Sequence record: PZ445554.1
DNA from: a phage
DNA length: 64,000 bases
Direction: 5' to 3' (one strand)
Shown: one piece after another, positions 26,736 through 36,647 of the stretch
Numbering within the stretch: position 1 is the first letter of the stretch
Layout: every line of letters begins with the position of its first letter
Notes under the pieces: generated by a model
Told to the model about the DNA's origin: nothing
The model's database searches: none
Seen by the model: the letters and a program-made list of their open reading frames with translations, nothing else
Translations under genes and position numbers: made by a program

Positions 26736-27909
26736 TAAATTCTTCCATATCACTTAACTGTTCGAGGTCAGTTTCTAAATCAGCAGCTGATTTACTTTTA
26801 CTTTCTGGAGATTTAAATTTTTCAACCTTTGAGTTAATCAATTCATCAACTTCAGCTTCAACAATTTCATTACTATCAATAGCACCTAACTGATAAGCAC
26901 GTTTAATAGCATCTCGGAATGGTTGATGCTTAAATAAAGGACCCCAGAATGTAGTGCAATTGGTATCTTTTGCACGCCAAGATTTTTCTTCGCGAATCAT
27001 CTCGCCGGTTTCTTCATCAAGAAATTCACGAGCATACCAGCCATTTTTAGGTTTTACCACGAATCCTAATTCTAGAGCCATATCTAACAATCCAGAATAA
27101 GGATCGATACCACCGTCAAATTTAACATCAATAAAGAATTTACTTTTTTCTTTAACGGTACGAGATTTTTCTACATTTAGAACAAATTGATACCCCTGAA
27201 GATCGGAACCATCTTTAATCTGGCGCTTACCGATAATGAATACAGTATCAGCCGAATACATTACGCCTGTACCACCTGTCATCACGGTTTTACTAAACAT
27301 TTCAATTGTTTCAATTGTATGGTTAACCGCAACACATGGAATATTTTTAATGCTAAAATAAGGAGTAACAATACGGAATAATGACTTCAGTGATTTAGCA
27401 CGAGTCATATCTGCCACAGATTTTTCATTCAAGGCATCTTCAGTTTCTTTCTTGGAAGCCATATTACCAATTGAGTCGATGAATACAATAACTTTTTCAC
27501 CGCGCTCAATAGCTTCAAGCTGGTTCACCATATCAATTTTCAGCTGTTCAACTGACTGGATTGGCGTATGAATTACTCGTTCCGGGTCAACTCCCATGGA
27601 TCGCAAATAAGCTGGAGTAATACCAAATTCGCTATCATAGAATAGACAAACCGCGTCAGAATATTTGTTCAAATACGCTGCAACCATAGTCAAAGACATA
27701 TTTGATTTAAAGTGTTTAGAAGGACCTGCGAAAATAGTTAAACCAGACTGCATACCGCCATCAATCGCACCAGAAATAGCGATATTAAGCATTGGGATTT
27801 TTGTACGGATTACATCCTTTTCATTAAAGAATTTAGATGTAGTCAGTTCAGCAGTCATTTTAGAAGTGGAAGCTTTAATCAAACGGGATTTTAAATCTGC
27901 AATAGACAT
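26728..27909 (-). CDS. uvsX: UvsX recombinase (RecA-like)
   Basis: ORF track 393 aa; RecA-fold motifs; N-terminus M..DLKSRLIKASTSK as recalled for UvsX. Confidence 0.9.
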   Translation of the reverse strand: MSIADLKSRLIKASTSKMTAELTTSKFFNEKDVIRTKIPMLNIAISGAIDGGMQSGLTIFAGPSKHFKSNMSLTMVAAYLNKYSDAVCLFYDSEFGITPAYLRSMGVDPERVIHTPIQSVEQLKIDMVNQLEAIERGEKVIVFIDSIGNMASKKETEDALNEKSVADMTRAKSLKSLFRIVTPYFSIKNIPCVAVNHTIETIEMFSKTVMTGGTGVMYSADTVFIIGKRQIKDGSDLQGYQFVLNVEKSRTVKEKSKFFIDVKFDGGIDPYSGLLDMALELGFVVKPKNGWYAREFLDEETGEMIREEKSWRAKDTNCTTFWGPLFKHQPFRDAIKRAYQLGAIDSNEIVEAEVDELINSKVEKFKSPESKSKSAADLETDLEQLSDMEEFNE

Positions 27910-27986
27910 TCATTTTTTCCATAGGCATCATTATATTTTCCTCACTGGTTAAAGATAGAGTAATTATAACACAATAAATTTAGGCA

Positions 27987-28829
27987 TTAATCAACTGCTA
28001 TTGGATGAATAGCATTAAACTTATGAAATGCTTCTGATTTTTCTTTACGCGAAACACACATGCGAAGAACCTTTAGTGGTTCATCTTCTTCACCCAACGA
28101 TTTTCGTTTTTCAATATTAGAAGTTTTCCAACGAGCTTGCTCTGGAAACTCTCTATTGATTTGCTCAAGCGCTCTATTATGTTTAGAATTACTACGAATT
28201 GAACTGCACCCGCCAGGAGCTTGTGCTTTTCCAGATACAACCAGATATTTGAACAAGGCCAAATGCGGATAACCTTGATTAATTAAATTGAGAAATGCAT
28301 ACATATCTTCGCATAAATCAATTTTTCCATACCCAATTTGTTCTGTGGTAAGTTTTCCGAGGTCATACCATGTATTCGTGAATCCGTATGAATTTTCACG
28401 ATAATTACCCCAAGATGAAGTAATTTTAAAAATAGGTAGACGAGCATGGCCATGATAATACCCGCAATCCATGGCATCTTCAACGTATTGAATCAATTCA
28501 TAGAACTGTTCACGAGTCAATTGATTGACTTTATCTGCGCAGCGCCGATCATCTCTCTTTCGCATTGAACTCATACGAATAGTAGTATCATCGTCAATCA
28601 TCCAGATTCGTTGACCTGCATACATATCAGTAATTGCTTTACGAGTTCCAGCAATTCCGTTGACATCATCAGGAATAGTTATAATTTTAGCTCTAGACCC
28701 ATAGGCATCATAATAAGCTTTTTCTTCGTGTTCACGCACTACAATATGCGGTTCATAATCAGTCGGAAACATATCAAGGGCAGAAACTGCCCCTACACGT
28801 TGATAGCTTGGAATTACGAATTGAATCAT
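27987..28829 (-). CDS. Putative glycosyltransferase (DxD motif) at the beta-gt locus; candidate beta-glucosyl-HMC alpha-glucosyltransferase
   Basis: ORF track 27987..28835 (GTG); ATG at 28829 overlapping gene 42 stop (ATGA); IWMIDDDTT DxD motif; not similar to recalled T4 beta-gt. Confidence 0.6.
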   Translation of the reverse strand: MIQFVIPSYQRVGAVSALDMFPTDYEPHIVVREHEEKAYYDAYGSRAKIITIPDDVNGIAGTRKAITDMYAGQRIWMIDDDTTIRMSSMRKRDDRRCADKVNQLTREQFYELIQYVEDAMDCGYYHGHARLPIFKITSSWGNYRENSYGFTNTWYDLGKLTTEQIGYGKIDLCEDMYAFLNLINQGYPHLALFKYLVVSGKAQAPGGCSSIRSNSKHNRALEQINREFPEQARWKTSNIEKRKSLGEEDEPLKVLRMCVSRKEKSEAFHKFNAIHPIAVD

Positions 28830-29566
28830 TTCCACTCACCATTATAATCTTTTTTCACAATATGAGTTTCGCCAGTATTCCACCAATGATCAACCAAGTA
28901 AAAATGACGAGAATATACATGAAGACTTCCAACATTCCATATAATAGAACCTGCTTTATACTGACGAGTTGAATCGCCTGCATTCAAATCAGATACTAAT
29001 TTATCTAATACGTATTTTTGCCATGCATAATCATTACGGAATCCGAAGACCACATCATTTGAGCGCATGCTTACTACTGCATTGACTTTCTTATCACGAA
29101 TCAGGTACTGTACTGTATTAGTACACATGAAATCTGACATACCATCTTTATTGTAGTCAAATTGCATGGATGGACGAGTATAAATCATGATACCACGTCG
29201 AGAATCAGGATTTTGACCAAGTTCAGCTAAACACATATCATACTGAGCATAGTTATCTTCTGACCAGATAGCCCAACCATAATTCGAGTTAATTTCGCCT
29301 TTAGAAGATGCTACCTGCTGCCAAATCTTTGGTGTTTCACCTGGAATATCTTTAACAAACAAGCTCTTAGATTTATACCATTCAAGTTCACGCTGAATGT
29401 ATTCATCATTAAGAGCGCCAAAAATAAACGGTTCATCTGCTACAAATGATGCGCCAATAATTTCAATAGTTTTAACGCCAGTTTTATCAACTACGAAATC
29501 TTTTTCTTTTAATGCAAGCCCCAAATGAAGACGGATTTCTTCAACTGTCATAGAGTCACTAATCAT
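28826..29566 (-). CDS. 42: dCMP hydroxymethylase gp42
   Basis: ORF track 246 aa, same length as T4 gp42; thymidylate-synthase-like fold motifs. Confidence 0.9.
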   Translation of the reverse strand: MISDSMTVEEIRLHLGLALKEKDFVVDKTGVKTIEIIGASFVADEPFIFGALNDEYIQRELEWYKSKSLFVKDIPGETPKIWQQVASSKGEINSNYGWAIWSEDNYAQYDMCLAELGQNPDSRRGIMIYTRPSMQFDYNKDGMSDFMCTNTVQYLIRDKKVNAVVSMRSNDVVFGFRNDYAWQKYVLDKLVSDLNAGDSTRQYKAGSIIWNVGSLHVYSRHFYLVDHWWNTGETHIVKKDYNGEWK

Positions 29567-29573
29567 TTAAACC

Positions 29574-29723
29574 TCAATTGATACATTCATATTTAACTTG
29601 TAACAGTAATAAACCCCAACCTAAAATAATAGTTGGAATCATAAGAGGAACCGTTACACTATAGTATATACTTATTATAACCATCAAGATTAAAAGCAAC
29701 ACTGCTATAATTTTGCTTTTCAT
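29574..29723 (-). CDS. Small membrane protein (49 aa), not in ORF track
   Basis: ATGA overlap with imm stop; MKSKIIAVLLLILMVIISIYYSVTVPLMIP. Confidence 0.4.
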   Translation of the reverse strand: MKSKIIAVLLLILMVIISIYYSVTVPLMIPTIILGWGLLLLQVKYECIN

Positions 29724-29971
29724 TCCTTCTCTCTGATGATAATTACCTGATTTGGCTGTGCAGACTTTTTAGTTTCACCTGCAATTGACCAAATAAATGT
29801 AATAAACCAACCAATAATTGACCAGTTAAACAGTAAAGACGTGAAAAATATTCCTACTGTCGATTTTGACCCACGCATCAAGGCGATAAACCATGGAAGC
29901 ATGTATATAATAATAGCCAACACACCTGAAACTAAAACCATAAAAATTGAACCTGCTACTAAAGTTTCCAT
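29720..29971 (-). CDS. imm: Immunity to superinfection protein Imm
   Basis: ORF track 83 aa; two transmembrane segments; length and position match T4 Imm. Confidence 0.8.
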   Translation of the reverse strand: METLVAGSIFMVLVSGVLAIIIYMLPWFIALMRGSKSTVGIFFTSLLFNWSIIGWFITFIWSIAGETKKSAQPNQVIIIREKE

Positions 29972-29978
29972 GTTTTCC

Positions 29979-30359
29979 TCACTTAGTCAAATTTTTTACG
30001 CATGAATTATAAGAATTCACTACATACTCCATCGGAGCATTTTTACCGGTACGCCATTGGTAATTATTAGCCCAATTTGCCCAAATTTCAGCACAGTAGT
30101 TTTCAATTTTTTCTTCGCGTGTAATTACATCCGAATTACGATATGCTTGAGCAGATTCATCTGGACGAATAGCTTCGTCAAAATTCGCCTGCATTTGTTC
30201 TACTGTTTGCTTTGGAGCTTCTTTATAACACTTGACATTAGGATTATAAAACTTGCTTGAACAGTTTACAATTTTTCCTACATCAGACTGATTTACTACC
30301 GGTCCTTGAGCTACACAACCAGTAAGACCTAATGCAATAACCAAAATAGCGATTTTCAT
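29979..30359 (-). CDS. Putative lipoprotein (126 aa)
   Basis: ORF track 29979..30371 (TTG in leader); ATG at 30359 after GGAGAATGAA; lipobox LTGC. Confidence 0.55.
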   Translation of the reverse strand: MKIAILVIALGLTGCVAQGPVVNQSDVGKIVNCSSKFYNPNVKCYKEAPKQTVEQMQANFDEAIRPDESAQAYRNSDVITREEKIENYCAEIWANWANNYQWRTGKNAPMEYVVNSYNSCVKNLTK

Positions 30360-30393
30360 TTCATTCTCCAAATCCGTATCAGTTGATAGTTGT

Positions 30394-30423
30394 ATAGTAC
30401 CATGGAAGAACAGGGATGTAAAC
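30394..30423 (-). promoter_or_regulatory. T4-type early promoter with conserved leader
   Basis: Minus-strand GTTTACATCCCTGTTCTTCCATGGTACTATACAACTATCAACTGATACGGATTTGGAGAATG. Confidence 0.55.
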
Positions 30424-30511
30424 AGTTTTGTGAAAAAATTTTTAGTGAATTCAAAGGGTCCAGAATCATCTGTTTTTCATAAGTATAGATTTATATTACT
30501 TGTATGAAAAG

Positions 30512-30527
30512 GGGACCCGGAGGTCCC
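30512..30527 (-). terminator. Hairpin GGGACC-CGGA-GGTCCC after gene 43
   Basis: Perfect 6 bp GC-rich inverted repeat 14 nt downstream of gene 43 stop. Confidence 0.5.
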
Positions 30528-30540
30528 TAGATTTATTCTA

Positions 30541-33237
30541 TCAGCCAAACAGGAAGTCTAACGAAGCTTTTTCCTCATAGTCCATACCTGCCGATTCACA
30601 CATACCCGCAAGCGGTTTAACAAACGATTTTTGGAACAAAGTTGAGTAGTCAATCCAAGATAGTACATCAGAACGAATTTCTTTTGGAAGTTCTGTACCC
30701 GATGGCCAAGCAATGCACTTGTCACCAAATGGATTTCCTTCACGTAATGGAAGAACCATTACTTTATTTCCATCCAAAATTGGAGCTACACCTAGACCAC
30801 TAACAGCTCGACGATAAGTTAGCACACCGCGAATATGGAACGGGCATTTAAATCCTGGCCAACCTTTATCATCATATTTCGCTATATCGTTCGCAGTTTT
30901 TACTTCAGCAATAACTTTATAGTCGAGTTGACGATATTCTTTCTCGAAGTTCTTGTAATATTCTTGGACAGACTCTTCACCTTCCTGAAGAATACGACGA
31001 ATACTTTCTTCGAGAGCTTCTTGCACTGCTTTTGGTGTTGAACTCTGCTGAGTTTCCATACCCATGATTTTTAGATGCGGTTCAGCAAATCGCTTATCTT
31101 CCATATCATAAACGTTCAGAGCATAACGTTTTTTCGCTTTCCAAAATCCACCAACGCCCTTTGAACCAAGCGGAGGGCAAGAAATAGCTTCACGGTCCAT
31201 ATGCATCAGATGCTCGCGGTTATTCATATAATCACATAACTCACGATATGCAACATCAATCATAGGTTCCATCTTTTTCTTACCAAACTGATTCATAAAT
31301 TCAACTAAATCGTTCTGCTCTTTGAATCGGTCAAGACCAACTTTTTCAATAACTTTATCTACACAAACATATACCGAATCAGTATCACCTGCTGCGATGA
31401 AATCTTCACCATTAGTTCCGCATACTTTATTCAGATATTCATTAATTTTACGAGCAATCCACTGAATACCGACTTGGCCGAAAATTGTGATAGCAGTAGC
31501 ATTTCGCAAATCATAGTAACGGAAATGAATATTACCAAGAGCACCATAAAGACTGTTAATGAGAATTTTACGGTTCAGCTGATTTGTGTTAGCAAGTGTA
31601 GCTGCTTTTTCACATTCCTCGATCAGACTATTGAGAACAGATTCAGTATAATTCGATAGTTCATTTAAGAAATCATCACTGAACTTAACATATCGTTCAA
31701 CTTCTGGTTTAGTTGAACAAGACCCTGCGCCTTTCATAATAATCTTTTTAATAGCTTCGGCATTCATTTCTTCAGCGAACATTTTCTTTTTCCAGTCTTT
31801 ACGCTGGAAAAATACTTTAGCGATTTCCTTTGGAATGATACCTTCTTGATGCTTATCATACATCCATCCATTCGGAGAACAAGAATATTCATCACTCGGT
31901 TTAGGAGCTGTTCCTGCGATATATTCATGAATTGGATGAACTTTAAACTGCCCACGAATAGTCTCAGGACTAATGTTAACCTGACGAATAATGCTCGGAT
32001 ACAGAGACGTCAAGTCAAAACTCATAATATATCGACGAGCAATTGGTTTAGGTTCAAACACAAATGCACCCGGAAAACTCTGTTTAACGTGCGAACCTTG
32101 TTGAGGAATAACCTTGTGTTCACCTTTCAATGAGTTAAAAATAATAGCATCCCAAGTTTTAATAGGACTCATTACACCAGAAAAAGGCATTTTAGCGTAA
32201 TAAGACATACTTAAAACTAGATCGATAAACCCGCGAATTTTATCAATTGCTTGAACTGATTCTACGTCAATGATGTTATAACTAATGTATCGTTGATGAT
32301 TAGTCTCACGAAGTTTATTAATAGGACCGTCGTACGGTAATTTACCTTTTTTGGTTTCATGCTGAGCAACTGATTCCAAAGAGAATGACGGCAAATTAGT
32401 AAATGCGAATTTCTTATACAAATCTAAATAATCAAGAATAGATACGCCATCAATAGAATAAATTTCTTTGCTACCGTACATATTTTGAATTAGTTTAGAT
32501 TTTACTCGACCGATTGGAGAGAAGCGTTTCATACTGCGTTCACCTAGAATCATTTTAACACGATTCATGATATATGGAACGTCAAATCCCTCAATATTCC
32601 AACCAGTAAAAATAGCAGGTCGTTTCTGTTCCCAGAGATTGATATATTCCATGAGCATATCACGCTCATTATCAAATGGCATATAAATTACTCGGTCAAG
32701 AATTTCTTGAGGAACTTCATCACCACCTTCACAGTCAAGCTTAGCAGCTAACTTTGCATCCCATTTTGATACTGAACCGTACATTGAATTCAAAAGGTCG
32801 AAAACATAAAAACGATCGTCAATTGAATCGTAATGAGTGATAGCATCAATTTCATATTCTGCTTTCATTGGGTCAGGAAATTTATCACCAGTAACCTCAA
32901 TGTCACAGTTAGCTACACGAACAAATTTTCGGTCATAAACAATTTCTGAACCATACGTATCACTGATATAAGCGAGTTTAAAATCGTTCATACCGAGAGC
33001 TTCGAGACCGATGTCTTCCATTCGCTTCATCCAATCTCGAGCATCTTTCATTGATGGAAATTTTTGAGGAGCGCAGTTTTTACCATAGATGTCTTTGTAT
33101 TTTGACTCTTCCTTACAATGCCTAAACATAGTTGGAAGATATTCTACTTCACGAGTACGTTCCTTTCCGTTTTCATCAATATAACGTTCAACAATGTTAT
33201 TTCCGACTGTTTCGATAGAGATATAAAATTCTTTCAT
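30541..33237 (-). CDS. 43: DNA polymerase gp43 (family B, with 3-5 exonuclease)
   Basis: ORF track 898 aa; exo motif CDIEVTG, polymerase motif AAGDTDSVYV; length equals T4 gp43. Confidence 0.95.
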   Translation of the reverse strand: MKEFYISIETVGNNIVERYIDENGKERTREVEYLPTMFRHCKEESKYKDIYGKNCAPQKFPSMKDARDWMKRMEDIGLEALGMNDFKLAYISDTYGSEIVYDRKFVRVANCDIEVTGDKFPDPMKAEYEIDAITHYDSIDDRFYVFDLLNSMYGSVSKWDAKLAAKLDCEGGDEVPQEILDRVIYMPFDNERDMLMEYINLWEQKRPAIFTGWNIEGFDVPYIMNRVKMILGERSMKRFSPIGRVKSKLIQNMYGSKEIYSIDGVSILDYLDLYKKFAFTNLPSFSLESVAQHETKKGKLPYDGPINKLRETNHQRYISYNIIDVESVQAIDKIRGFIDLVLSMSYYAKMPFSGVMSPIKTWDAIIFNSLKGEHKVIPQQGSHVKQSFPGAFVFEPKPIARRYIMSFDLTSLYPSIIRQVNISPETIRGQFKVHPIHEYIAGTAPKPSDEYSCSPNGWMYDKHQEGIIPKEIAKVFFQRKDWKKKMFAEEMNAEAIKKIIMKGAGSCSTKPEVERYVKFSDDFLNELSNYTESVLNSLIEECEKAATLANTNQLNRKILINSLYGALGNIHFRYYDLRNATAITIFGQVGIQWIARKINEYLNKVCGTNGEDFIAAGDTDSVYVCVDKVIEKVGLDRFKEQNDLVEFMNQFGKKKMEPMIDVAYRELCDYMNNREHLMHMDREAISCPPLGSKGVGGFWKAKKRYALNVYDMEDKRFAEPHLKIMGMETQQSSTPKAVQEALEESIRRILQEGEESVQEYYKNFEKEYRQLDYKVIAEVKTANDIAKYDDKGWPGFKCPFHIRGVLTYRRAVSGLGVAPILDGNKVMVLPLREGNPFGDKCIAWPSGTELPKEIRSDVLSWIDYSTLFQKSFVKPLAGMCESAGMDYEEKASLDFLFG

Positions 33238-33295
33238 AGATATTCCTTAGTTTATAGCCCGAGTTATTAGGCTCTTGATATATTATACTCCAATT

Positions 33296-33315
33296 AAGGG
33301 GGCCGAAGCCCCTTG
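33296..33315 (-). terminator. UUCG-tetraloop hairpin after regA
   Basis: AAGGGGGCCGAAGCCCCTT; a GAGTATAAT -10-like box lies just downstream (33282-33290) before gene 43. Confidence 0.5.
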
Positions 33316-33316
33316 C

Positions 33317-33685
33317 TTAATTACCAATCGTATATTTAGGAACGAGTTTCCATTCATGTTTTTGTTTAAAAGAAATAACTCGGAAGTTATTAGTTAAATC
33401 TTTCATAAAAGTTCTTTGACCGGGAACGATTTCAATCAGTCCCCAATCTTCTAATAGCCATGCAATCGAATCACGACGAACTTCATCTTCTTCTGTCATT
33501 TCAACTTGGCGACCATCCATACGAAGCATTTCTTTAAAATGAACGATATAGTATAGTCCTTTTTTCTGAAGAATATGACAGGACTGATACAGAACTTTAT
33601 CTTTATTATTAGCAATTCCCATACGAGTCAAAGTTTCTTTTACTTTCAGAAAATCTTCAGGTTTTTTAAGAGTAATTTCAATCAT
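33317..33685 (-). CDS. regA: Translational repressor RegA
   Basis: ORF track 122 aa; length and position (between 62 and 43) match T4 RegA. Confidence 0.85.
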   Translation of the reverse strand: MIEITLKKPEDFLKVKETLTRMGIANNKDKVLYQSCHILQKKGLYYIVHFKEMLRMDGRQVEMTEEDEVRRDSIAWLLEDWGLIEIVPGQRTFMKDLTNNFRVISFKQKHEWKLVPKYTIGN

Positions 33686-33686
33686 T

Positions 33687-34250
33687 TTACCATTCCAATG
33701 CTAGTTTTTTGAGTTGTTTCTGTTCTTTTACGTTCTTAGTCACTTCTTTCAAAAAATCATCCGTGACTAAACCTTTTAGTTCTTTTAATACTAAAGGAAG
33801 TTTTCCATTTTTAGTAAGAATTGATTTATAGTTAATTGCATCATTTGTATTAACTTGATACCGCTTAGCAAGTAACTTAATAATCAATACTTCGGTGGAA
33901 TCTTCAACCAGTTTTGCCCATTTACCATATCTTTTACCACGAGGAACTGCAGCCATTAGATAATTAAAATGAGCTTCATCACTTAATCCAGAACCAATTA
34001 AATTCATAGCATATACAGCTGGCATGCACTCTGGAAATTGTGATAATGCATTTTCAACCATGAATTTTGAATAATCTTTTTGAGCAATAGAGCATTTAGT
34101 TTTATTATTAATAGCTCCAATTATTTCAAAAAATTCATTTTCAGCTTTTTCTTTAAAAGAATCAGCAGCGGATTGGACAGCTGTCCAATCTTTTGAATAC
34201 CAAGCAATCTGATGCTCGTTTAATTGAATATCATCTTCAAATAAGCTCAT
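33687..34250 (-). CDS. 62: Clamp-loader subunit gp62
   Basis: ORF track 187 aa; position downstream of gene 44. Confidence 0.85.
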   Translation of the reverse strand: MSLFEDDIQLNEHQIAWYSKDWTAVQSAADSFKEKAENEFFEIIGAINNKTKCSIAQKDYSKFMVENALSQFPECMPAVYAMNLIGSGLSDEAHFNYLMAAVPRGKRYGKWAKLVEDSTEVLIIKLLAKRYQVNTNDAINYKSILTKNGKLPLVLKELKGLVTDDFLKEVTKNVKEQKQLKKLALEW

Positions 34251-34251
34251 A

Positions 34252-35211
34252 TCACTTCCACTGCATTTCGCACGCTAATTGAATGAAAAGATATGCTAAA
34301 TGTAATTCCGTATTAGCCGCAATTCCATGATACTGATTATTTTCACCAACAATTTCATACATACGAATAATACTTTGCGGAGTTACACGTGAATAGATTT
34401 CTTCGGCAAGTTTACCCACGAACCACGAATAATCAGCTGCATATTTTGGTGCTAAAGCTCTGAGTTGTTTAACATCTTTATTTTTGAGAGACTCAAGAAC
34501 ATCATCAATAGCACCACGATCGTTAGTAACCAGTGATAAAATACCAGCATCCAAAACACCTTTAGATGAATAACTATCGAGCTCGCCAATAGTTTTACGA
34601 AAATCAGGAAAATTCTTTTTAACCAAAGCTGCTACAACTTTCATATCAGTTATAGCAATTCCTTCATGCTTACAGATTTCAGTCAATCGACGAATCATCT
34701 GCTTCATCATTTCAATTTTATCTTCATCGGTCGGTTGACCGAATGTAATAACTCGACAGCGTGACTGAAGTGGTTTAATAATACCATCAATATTGTTAGC
34801 AGTAATAATAATACTACAGTTTGAACTATAAGCTTCCATAAAGGAACGAAGATGTCGCTGAGACTCTGCTAACCCTGAGCGGTCAAATTCATCAATAACG
34901 ATTACTTTTTGACGACCATCAAATGAAGCGGCGCTGGCAAAATTAGTCAAAGGACCACGAACGAAATCAATTTTACAATCTGACCCATTCACAAACATCA
35001 TATCAGCATTTACATCATGACACAATGCTTTTGCTACAGTTGTTTTACCTGTTCCTGGAGAAGGAGAATGAAGAATAATATGTGGAATCTTACCTTTACT
35101 TGTAATAGATTTAAAGGTTTCTTTATCAAAGGCGGGAAGAATACACTCATCGATAGTAGATGGACGATATTTCTGTTCAAGAATGTGTTCTTTTTCATTT
35201 ACGGTAATCAT
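34252..35211 (-). CDS. 44: Clamp-loader AAA+ subunit gp44
   Basis: ORF track 34252..35226; ATG at 35211 after GAGGAAA gives 319 aa ([17 protein letters not shown]); Walker A SPGTGKTT. Confidence 0.9.
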   Translation of the reverse strand: MITVNEKEHILEQKYRPSTIDECILPAFDKETFKSITSKGKIPHIILHSPSPGTGKTTVAKALCHDVNADMMFVNGSDCKIDFVRGPLTNFASAASFDGRQKVIVIDEFDRSGLAESQRHLRSFMEAYSSNCSIIITANNIDGIIKPLQSRCRVITFGQPTDEDKIEMMKQMIRRLTEICKHEGIAITDMKVVAALVKKNFPDFRKTIGELDSYSSKGVLDAGILSLVTNDRGAIDDVLESLKNKDVKQLRALAPKYAADYSWFVGKLAEEIYSRVTPQSIIRMYEIVGENNQYHGIAANTELHLAYLFIQLACEMQWK

Positions 35212-35245
35212 AATTTCCTCATTCAAGTTTTAGTGTAAATTATAA

Positions 35246-35259
35246 AGGGCCGAAGCCCT
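35246..35259 (-). terminator. UUCG-tetraloop hairpin between genes 45 and 44
   Basis: AGGGCCGAAGCCCT inverted repeat. Confidence 0.5.
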
Positions 35260-35262
35260 CTA

Positions 35263-35949
35263 TTAAAAATCGTGGGTAGAATCAGCTTCAAGAGCTACTA
35301 CATAATTCGCATGTTCACCTTCAAATTTAGCAGCACCTTGTTTACCTTTTGCCCAAAGCAGAAGTTTATAATTTCCTGGTTGCATTTTCATATTTGCCAT
35401 ATTGATAATGAAATTAAATGTATTTTCACCATCATAATCACCAAGAGTCAAAGAATATTTAACACGAGTCAGAGCAGAATCTTCTACTTTATTAAAACCG
35501 TTAATTACGATTTTACCTTCTTTTACCGTGATAGCAATTGTATCAATTTGCAGACCACGAGATACACGCAACAGTTGTTGAAGGTCTTCAGCTTTAATTT
35601 CAGTAACAACAGATGCTACCGGGAATGGAATTGGTTTATTAGGAGCAACTACTGTACTCGGATCGGCTGCTGGCCAAAAAATTGTTGAGCGGGCATCAGC
35701 AATTTTAATATTTCCATCTTCTGACTGGGAAATTTCTGCATCATCATTAACTAGAGACAGAATACCGAGAAAACCATTCAAATCGTAAATTGCTACATCA
35801 AAGTCAATAACGTCAGAAATATTTGCTTCCGCATAAGTTGTACCATTAACTGCACGAGTCATAATAAATTGACCTGATTTAAGCATAATACCAGAGTTAA
35901 TAGTAGCGAAATTTTTAAGCAGAGCAGTAGTATCTTTAGACAGTTTCAT
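35263..35949 (-). CDS. 45: Sliding clamp gp45
   Basis: ORF track 228 aa; length and position match T4 gp45. Confidence 0.9.
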   Translation of the reverse strand: MKLSKDTTALLKNFATINSGIMLKSGQFIMTRAVNGTTYAEANISDVIDFDVAIYDLNGFLGILSLVNDDAEISQSEDGNIKIADARSTIFWPAADPSTVVAPNKPIPFPVASVVTEIKAEDLQQLLRVSRGLQIDTIAITVKEGKIVINGFNKVEDSALTRVKYSLTLGDYDGENTFNFIINMANMKMQPGNYKLLLWAKGKQGAAKFEGEHANYVVALEADSTHDF

Positions 35950-35978
35950 GTAATTTCCTTCAATTCAAATGAGATTTA

Positions 35979-36004
35979 ATTTTATAACTAATTTAATAAA
36001 GCAA
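35979..36004 (-). promoter_or_regulatory. Middle (MotA-dependent) promoter for gene 45: MotA box TTGCTTTA, 12 nt, TAAAAT
   Basis: Minus-strand TTGCTTTATTAAATTAGTTATAAAAT upstream of gene 45 ATG. Confidence 0.55.
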
Positions 36005-36394
36005 TTAACGATTAAAATCAGCCGCAATTGTTTCCGCAACAATTTGTGCAGCAACAATTAGACGTTCATCTGCATTACCGCAATAATCATCTTCAAGGCG
36101 TTCACCACATGAAGTCATAATAAATTTAGCACCAGCGTTTAGGGATTCTATAGTATGTTTGCGCATTAGTTCAATCCATTTATTACTTACTTCACGATCG
36201 ATAGCTTCATAATACGCATGACGAGCAGGTGCAGATTTAATTTTGTTCTGAATAACTTCCATTGCGTTATCAGAAAGAGACAAAACCCATGCTCGACGAA
36301 TTTTATTTTGGTTTTGTGGATTTGATTCAGAACGCACGTGTTTTGGCTGAATATCTTTTACATCAACAGTATAATTCACAGTAATTTTAGTCAT
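36005..36394 (-). CDS. rpbA: RNA polymerase-binding protein RpbA
   Basis: ORF track 129 aa; length and position match T4 RpbA. Confidence 0.7.
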   Translation of the reverse strand: MTKITVNYTVDVKDIQPKHVRSESNPQNQNKIRRAWVLSLSDNAMEVIQNKIKSAPARHAYYEAIDREVSNKWIELMRKHTIESLNAGAKFIMTSCGERLEDDYCGNADERLIVAAQIVAETIAADFNR

Positions 36395-36403
36395 AATACA
36401 CCT

Positions 36404-36592
36404 TTAGTCATAATAATCAGTAACAGTCCAAGCTTCATTTCTATTGGACATTATTTTTGTATATTCTGCTTTAAATGCATTCTTAAGCATAGATTCAGTA
36501 ACTATATGCTCTTCATTAGAAAAATTATTTCTCAGAATATATCGTTTTATTTCAGGAATAGTTAATAGATGCTGTCCAGTTGAATATTCCAT
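36404..36592 (-). CDS. Hypothetical protein (62 aa)
   Basis: ORF track; ATG at 36590-36592 after GGAGG. Confidence 0.5.
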   Translation of the reverse strand: MEYSTGQHLLTIPEIKRYILRNNFSNEEHIVTESMLKNAFKAEYTKIMSNRNEAWTVTDYYD

Positions 36593-36608
36593 GTTTTTCC
36601 TCCATAGA

Positions 36609-36633
36609 GATTATACTCTAATAAATTAAAGCA
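36609..36633 (-). promoter_or_regulatory. Middle-type promoter (ATGCTTTA, 11 nt, TATAAT)
   Basis: Minus-strand TTATGCTTTAATTTATTAGAGTATAATCTC. Confidence 0.45.
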
Positions 36634-36647
36634 TAATCTCTTATAAA

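Noticed and set aside
30441-30510. Late-promoter-like TATAAATC box downstream of gene 43
   Set aside because: Matches TATAAATA at 7 of 8 positions only; late promoters need the exact octamer, so it was not called.
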